Part shown: positions 58,195-64,000 of the stretch, piece after piece
Numbering within the stretch: the stretch's first letter is position 1
How the letters are laid out: each line of letters opens with the position of its first letter
Assembly: GCA_964434535.1 (NCBI GenBank)
Contig: CAYSWA010000003.1
Coordinates: 20,985-84,984, forward strand
Origin: an uncultured candidatus Brocadiaceae bacterium
GTDB taxonomy: Bacteria; Planctomycetota; Brocadiia; SM23-32
Reading direction: 5' to 3'
DNA length: 64,000 nucleotides
The notes under the pieces: model-generated
Told to the model about the DNA's origin: nothing
Database searches by the model: none
Seen by the model: the letters and a program-made list of their open reading frames with translations, nothing else
Position numbers and translations under genes: made by a program

Positions 58195-59379
58195 CTATTC
58201 GGTGGGTAAGGCGTCGCGTTGACTGTGTATCAGCTCGATCAAGTGCGCGTCCTGCTCCGGGTCGAGCCGGCAGTGGCGGGTGAGCACCTCGTCGAAGCCC
58301 AGATCGGTCTCGCCGCTGCGGCGCGCGACGGCCACGGCCATGGCCAGGCCGGCGGCGAACGCGCGGGGCTCGATGCCCTCTGCGGCGACGGTGCGCACGC
58401 CGTGCACGAGCCGTTCCCAGGGCTTCAGCTTGCGCATGATGCCCCGTGTGCCCCTCGCCACGCTGTCGCGGAAGACCGGGCAGGTCACGCGCCGGAACAC
58501 GAAGTCGCAGTAGTTCAGATAGACGCTGCGGTTCAGCGCCCCGCCGTGCTTGCCCAGCAGCGCCGGCGCGGCCTCGCCGTAGAGCAGACGGCGCCCGAGG
58601 GCCATCGCCTCGGGCTCGGAGGTCAGCTCATGGAGCGACCCTCGGCCCCGCAGCCTGCCCCAGCAGGCGAGCACGCAGTGCAGGCCGTTGTGCGTGAGCA
58701 GCTTCGCCTCTTCGAGGGCGCGGAAGCGCTCCGGCGGGTGGCCCTCCACGGCCTGCGGCACGGCGGCCAGGCCCTCCAGGGCGTGCTGCTCGGCGTGGAT
58801 GCCGAAGAACGGGTCGGCCAGCACGGCCCAGTCCAGCCCGGGCGCAACCGGCCGCAGCGGCGGCTCAGGGTCGGCCACCACCTTGGCCGCCCGTCCCATC
58901 ATCGTGTCGGCGACGATGAGCCGGTTGCCCAGGTGCTCTGCGGCTTCGCGCTCCACGGCCGCGCGCAGCTTCTCGGCGATGCCCAGGCCGTTCTCCCCGC
59001 AGAGCACGCGCAGGGGGCGGCCCGGCGAGCGCGCGCCCGCCGCGCCGGCCAGCACGGGGCCGAGCTCGGCCAGGTGCGGCTCGCCGACGACGGTGAAGAC
59101 GAGGTCCGCCCCGGCCAGCGCGGCGAGGGCCTCGTCGGTGACCGAGCCCGGCTCCTTCCAAAGCCCGCCCCCGACCTGCACGCTCAGGGAGTGGACGGCG
59201 GGGCCCGTGCGGTTGAACGCATAGGAGCGTTCGCAGGCCAGGTGCGCGATCAGATCGGCCTTGGGCGGGATGTCGACGTAGGTGAGCCGGCAGTCCCGGC
59301 CCAGCTCGGGACCGAGGAAGCCGAGCCCGAGGGCGCCGGCGCCGAAGACGACGCACTCGATGGCGGGCTTCTCGCTCAC
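58195..59379 (-). CDS. mannitol dehydrogenase-family protein (mannitol-1-phosphate 5-dehydrogenase-like)
   Basis: VVFGAGALGLGFLG (compare MtlD ALHFGAGNIGRGFIG), VLCGENG, LLTHNGLHC. GTG start at VSEKPAIE. Confidence 0.65.
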   Translation of the reverse strand: MSEKPAIECVVFGAGALGLGFLGPELGRDCRLTYVDIPPKADLIAHLACERSYAFNRTGPAVHSLSVQVGGGLWKEPGSVTDEALAALAGADLVFTVVGEPHLAELGPVLAGAAGARSPGRPLRVLCGENGLGIAEKLRAAVEREAAEHLGNRLIVADTMMGRAAKVVADPEPPLRPVAPGLDWAVLADPFFGIHAEQHALEGLAAVPQAVEGHPPERFRALEEAKLLTHNGLHCVLACWGRLRGRGSLHELTSEPEAMALGRRLLYGEAAPALLGKHGGALNRSVYLNYCDFVFRRVTCPVFRDSVARGTRGIMRKLKPWERLVHGVRTVAAEGIEPRAFAAGLAMAVAVARRSGETDLGFDEVLTRHCRLDPEQDAHLIELIHSQRDALPTE

Positions 59380-59405
59380 GGCGTTCTCGCGGGGAGGGGC
59401 AGGTC

Positions 59406-59972
59406 TCACTCGTCGGGCAGGCGGCCGCCCTGGGCGCGGCGGGCCATGTAGAGCAGGGCCTCGCCGACCTCGTCGGTGCGGATCAGCGGGCGCCAGGGCA
59501 GCAGCCAGACGCCGAACCAGTTCGTCCACCACCACTGGGGATGGCGGTCCATCAGGATCTCCCGTCCCGAGCCGTCTTCCATGCCCGGCAGGCCGACGCC
59601 CGGCCTCAGGCGCAGGTAGAGGTCATAGTGGTAGGGCCCGATGGTGCCCGCGGTGAGCAGGGGGGCGGCGAGCGAGGCCGGCTCCCAGCGCAGGTAGACG
59701 GCCTCGATGTCCCTGAAGCGGATGCGGCGCAGCCGGTAGCCGCCGAGGCCGCCCCCCGAGCCGGAGCCGTAGACGTCGAGGAAGTAGTCGTCGGTGACCA
59801 GCGCATCGTCGACGATGACGGCGCCTCGGGAGTGGACCTGGTCCCACTGGAACTCGAGGATCACGCGTCGGGCCTCGGGCGGCGTCCAAGTGCGCCCCGA
59901 CCGGGGGACGTAGGTGCAGCCCAGGGCGGCCAGGCAGAGCAGGGCGATCGCGGGCGGCCTTGCGCGTGCCAT
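59406..59972 (-). CDS. hypothetical lipoprotein
   Basis: Signal peptide with lipobox LAALGCT; Trp-rich C-terminus. No recognisable domain. Confidence 0.5.
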   Translation of the reverse strand: MARARPPAIALLCLAALGCTYVPRSGRTWTPPEARRVILEFQWDQVHSRGAVIVDDALVTDDYFLDVYGSGSGGGLGGYRLRRIRFRDIEAVYLRWEPASLAAPLLTAGTIGPYHYDLYLRLRPGVGLPGMEDGSGREILMDRHPQWWWTNWFGVWLLPWRPLIRTDEVGEALLYMARRAQGGRLPDE

Positions 59973-60046
59973 GCCTCTCGCTCCTCGGTTCGGGTCGGCT
60001 CGGGCCTCACGCCGCCGGGTTGGTCGGCGTCCACTGCCCGCCTCGG

Positions 60047-61092
<1,046 letters not shown>

Positions 61093-61096
<4 letters not shown>

Positions 61097-62094
61097 GATG
61101 TCAGCACCTGCTCCATCTGGACGGGCTGTCCGGTGCGGGCCGACTCCATCAGGGCGAAGCTCATGGCCAGGCTGCGCAGGTTGTCCCGCCCGCTGGTCTC
61201 GGGCTCCCGCCCTTCGGCGAGGGCGGCGAGGAACTCGCCGAGTGCCGCCGTCTGGCCGCTGCGCGGCTGGCGGCCCAGCTCCACCTCGCTGTCCTCGTCG
61301 GGGTGGTCGGCGGGGATGACGTGCACGCGGTCGGCGCGCAGCTCGATGACCCCCTCGGGGCACTCGACGGCCCAGTAGCCGTCCCAGCTCGTCTCCCGCC
61401 CGCGGGTGACCCACGTGCCCTCGTAGAGGACTTCCATGCCGCCCTCGAACTCGAAGAGGGCGGCGGCCGAGGGGTCGTCCTTGAACCAGCTCCACTGCGG
61501 CTGCCAGGTGCGCCCGTAGACCAGCAGCGGCTCGCGCCCCGTGACCGCCCGCATCAGGTCGAAGTGGTGGATGCTCATGTCCCGCACCAGGGGGTGGGCC
61601 GCGATGGCCGGCGCGCCCTCCAGGTGCAGGGCCCGAGCGAAGCGGACCGAGACGTTGTCCGGCGGCCCGAACCGCCCGCTCCCGATCAGTCGGCGCATGG
61701 TGCGCGCCCACGGGCGGTAGCGGTAGTTCTGGCTGACCATCAGCGTGCGTCGGCTATCGCGCGCCGCCGCCACCATCCGGCGCCCGTGGGCCATGGTGTC
61801 GGCGATCGGTTTCTCGGTCAGCACGTGCAGCCCGCGCTCGAAGGCGGCGAGGGCCACCTCGTGGTGCACGGCGGGGGGCGTGGCGTTCAGCACGGCGTCC
61901 GCCTCGATCCGGTCGAACGCCTCCTCGAAAGAGGCGAAGCAGCGCGCGGCGGCCAGGCCCGTCTGCTGGCGGGCCTCCTGCCGCGCCGCCTCGTTCACGT
62001 CGACCAGGGCGACCAGCGACGCGTCGGGGTGGCGCTGCACCCGGGGCAGCCACGACCGCCCCCAGCCGCCGACGCCGACCTGTATGATGTTCAT
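61093..62094 (-). CDS. Gfo/Idh/MocA-family oxidoreductase
   Basis: [15 protein letters not shown] Rossmann, EKPIA, C-terminal alpha/beta domain. Confidence 0.85.
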
Positions 62095-62127
62095 AACCCT
62101 CGCGCCTCCGTGCCGTTGCGCCCGGCG

Positions 62128-62157
62128 ATTCTAACCCAGCCCCGGCCGGGCTGGCAA
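62128..62157 (-). promoter_or_regulatory. candidate promoter TTGCCA-N18-TAGAAT (minus strand) for the oxidoreductase-MoxR pair
   Basis: rc(62152-62157)=TTGCCA, rc(62128-62133)=TAGAAT. About 35 nt upstream of the ATG at 62094. Confidence 0.35.
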
Positions 62158-62253
62158 GCACACGCCGGGCGCAGCGCTTGACACCGTCCGCCCCGTGGGC
62201 TACCCTATCATGGCCTGCTCCGCGCGGGCAGCCCCTCCGGCCGGGAACACGCC

Positions 62254-63600
62254 ATGGCTGTCGACGACCTCTACAAAAGGGCCTGTGAGGCGATCGAGCG
62301 TGCCAACTACGACTACGCCATCCGGCTGCTGCGCGACGTGCTGCGCCAGGATCCGGAGCACCCCAACGCCCGCTCCGCGCTGCGCGGCACGGAGCGGCGC
62401 CGGGCCGAGGAGGGCAGCACCCTGGCCCGCCTGATCGGCTGGCCCCTGCGCGCGCTGGTGACCCTGGTCAAGAGCAAGCTCGCGCGCGGGCGCAAGAAGC
62501 TGGAGCTCTTCGAAGACTACCTGGAGAAGAACCCGAACAGCTTCTGGGGGCTGGTGCACGTGGCCCGCACCTGCCGCGCCATGGGCTTCCAGGAGGAGGC
62601 GCTCAACAGCTACCGCGACGCCCTCAGGCAGAAGCCGCAGGACAAGGCCGCCCTGCGCGAGATCGGCGACCTGCTGAAGGCGCGCGGCGAACATGCCGAG
62701 GCCCTCAAGTACCTCCAGCGCCTGCTCGACCTCCAGCCCGCGGACCGCGATCTGGACAAGGAAGTGCGCGACCTGACCGCCACCCAGCACATGTCCGTGC
62801 ACGACATGGAGGGCGCCGAGAGCTTCCGCGACCTGATACGCGACCGCGACGAGGCCGATCGCCTGGAGCAGGAAGGCCGCATCGCCATGACCGTCGAGGA
62901 CGTGCGCGGCCAGATCCCGGCCGCCGAGCATGCCCTCGCCGAGCACCCGGACAACGTCAACCGCATACTGACACTGGCCCGGCTCTACGTCGAGGGCGAC
63001 CAACTGCCCAAGGCCCAGAAGCTGCTGCGCGAGCGGCACCAGGCCAACCCGCAGAACTACGAGCTGCGCGAGGCGCTCGGCGAGGTGCAACTGCGCATCT
63101 ACGACCGGGCCATCCAGCAGACCGAGCAGGCCGCCAAGGCCGGCGACCAGGACGCCGCCGCCAAAGCCGAGGAGCTGAAGGCGCGACGGCAGCACTTCGC
63201 CGTCAAGGAGCACACCTGGCGGCTGGAGCAGCACCCGACCGACCGCGAGCTGCATCTCAAGCTCGGGCGCGTCCACTACTCGGCCGGCGACTACAACGAG
63301 GCGATCGCCGCCTTCCAGAACGCCGCCCAGGACAGCCGCTTCGCCCTGGAGAGCCGCAACATGCTCGGCCTCTGCTTCATGGCCAAGGGGCAGCACGACC
63401 TGGCCATCGAGCAGTTCGAGTACGCCATCAAGGTCCACCCCGAGATGGACGAGATGGGGAAGGAAGTCCGCTACAACAAGGCCCTCGCCTGCGAGGCGAT
63501 GGGCAAAGCCGACGAGGCCCTCGCCATCTACAAGAGGCTCTACAGCGAGGACATCAACTTCCGCGACGTGGCCGCCAAGGTGGACGCCCTGAGCGGCTGA
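62254..63600 (+). CDS. TPR-repeat protein
   Basis: Multiple 34-aa TPR-like helical repeats (YDYAIRLLRDVLRQDPEHPNARSAL... etc.). Candidate TTGACA at 62178. Confidence 0.75.
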   Translation: MAVDDLYKRACEAIERANYDYAIRLLRDVLRQDPEHPNARSALRGTERRRAEEGSTLARLIGWPLRALVTLVKSKLARGRKKLELFEDYLEKNPNSFWGLVHVARTCRAMGFQEEALNSYRDALRQKPQDKAALREIGDLLKARGEHAEALKYLQRLLDLQPADRDLDKEVRDLTATQHMSVHDMEGAESFRDLIRDRDEADRLEQEGRIAMTVEDVRGQIPAAEHALAEHPDNVNRILTLARLYVEGDQLPKAQKLLRERHQANPQNYELREALGEVQLRIYDRAIQQTEQAAKAGDQDAAAKAEELKARRQHFAVKEHTWRLEQHPTDRELHLKLGRVHYSAGDYNEAIAAFQNAAQDSRFALESRNMLGLCFMAKGQHDLAIEQFEYAIKVHPEMDEMGKEVRYNKALACEAMGKADEALAIYKRLYSEDINFRDVAAKVDALSG

Positions 63601-63623
63601 TCACCTAAAGGAGAGAGAACGCC

Positions 63624-63896
63624 ATGGCTCACCGCCCCGCAGCACTGAAGAGCCTGCGCCAGGACGCCAAGCGCCGGCTGCGCAACAAGGTCGTCAAGAG
63701 CCGCCTGCGCACCGAGCGGAACAAGTTCGACCGCATGATCCAGCGCGGCGAGCTGGAGCAGGCGCGCGAGCAGCTCGCCCTGCTGACCAGGCTGCTGCAC
63801 AAGGCCGGCTCGCGCAACGTGATCCACCCCAACAAGGCGGGCCGCCTCCAGGCGCAGTGCCAGCGCATCCTCAACGAGGCGGAGGCGGCCCTCTGA
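63624..63896 (+). CDS. rpsT: 30S ribosomal protein S20
   Basis: 90-aa basic helical protein with the conserved S20 N-terminus (KSLRQDAKRRLRNK) and C-terminus. GGAGAGAG RBS. Confidence 0.9.
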   Translation: MAHRPAALKSLRQDAKRRLRNKVVKSRLRTERNKFDRMIQRGELEQAREQLALLTRLLHKAGSRNVIHPNKAGRLQAQCQRILNEAEAAL

Positions 63897-63917
63897 CCGA
63901 CGCCCGGCGGGCGCGGC

Positions 63918-64000
63918 TCACCCTTCGGTAAGGTGCGTCGCCCGCACGAACTCGGCGAGCCGCGCCTCGAGCGCCGCCGCGTCGAGCCCCTCCAGCGCGG
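63918..64000 (-). CDS. 3' end of an unidentified gene truncated by the window edge
   Basis: Minus-strand frame ...ALEGLDAAALEARLAEFVRATHLTEG* stops at about 63918. Too short to assign. Confidence 0.3.
   Translation of the reverse strand, partial: ALEGLDAAALEARLAEFVRATHLTEG

Overview
The window is a ~70% GC bacterial chromosomal segment. Gene content (SEC-C-tailed anaerobic sulfatase maturase, DUF1844, PmoA-like DUF6807, GH88/105, giant polytopic membrane protein, many Gfo/Idh/MocA enzymes) looks Planctomycetota-like, but this is inference only. Protein-like reading frames were separated from GC-driven antisense ORFs by composition and recognisable motifs. Most of it is housekeeping and carbohydrate/polyol metabolism, packed on both strands. 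The main genes are: trpC, thiE, PMI, trpD, argH, a metY-metX-metB-like-metW methionine cluster, nth, mutY, hypF-hypC-hypD-hypE, fmt-def, mtnA, apgM, smpB, rpsT, TldD/TldE, MoxR, GH4, GH88/105 and a ManD-like dehydratase. The accessory or unusual content is:
- a compositionally distinct (lower-GC) PstI/BsuBI-like type II restriction-modification pair with its own sigma70-like promoter, inserted tightly between comF and a DUF116-fmt-def block;
- an orphan beta-class DNA methyltransferase just after a tldD / Avd-like four-helix-bundle / tldE operon;
- a dispersed, modular palindromic intergenic repeat family (core CCGAAAACCGGGACTGT..CCC plus a GGAGGGACGCGCTC module), with at least five copies; one composite inverted copy supplies the last codons and the stop of an Fe-alcohol dehydrogenase gene;
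- 54-bp iteron-like repeats (three 10-bp ACGCGGAT-type direct repeats each) flanking a two-gene sugar module and sitting next to the apgM promoter;
- a low-complexity GAC/GAG-type repeat family around the tldD/tldE operon;
- a frameshifted PEGA-like lipoprotein at a G5 homopolymer;
- a 973-aa polytopic membrane protein in an apparent operon with a UVR-motif protein and DUF1844.
No tRNA, rRNA, tmRNA or CRISPR array was recognised. Coordinates worked out by hand (promoters, repeats) may be off by 1-2 nt.
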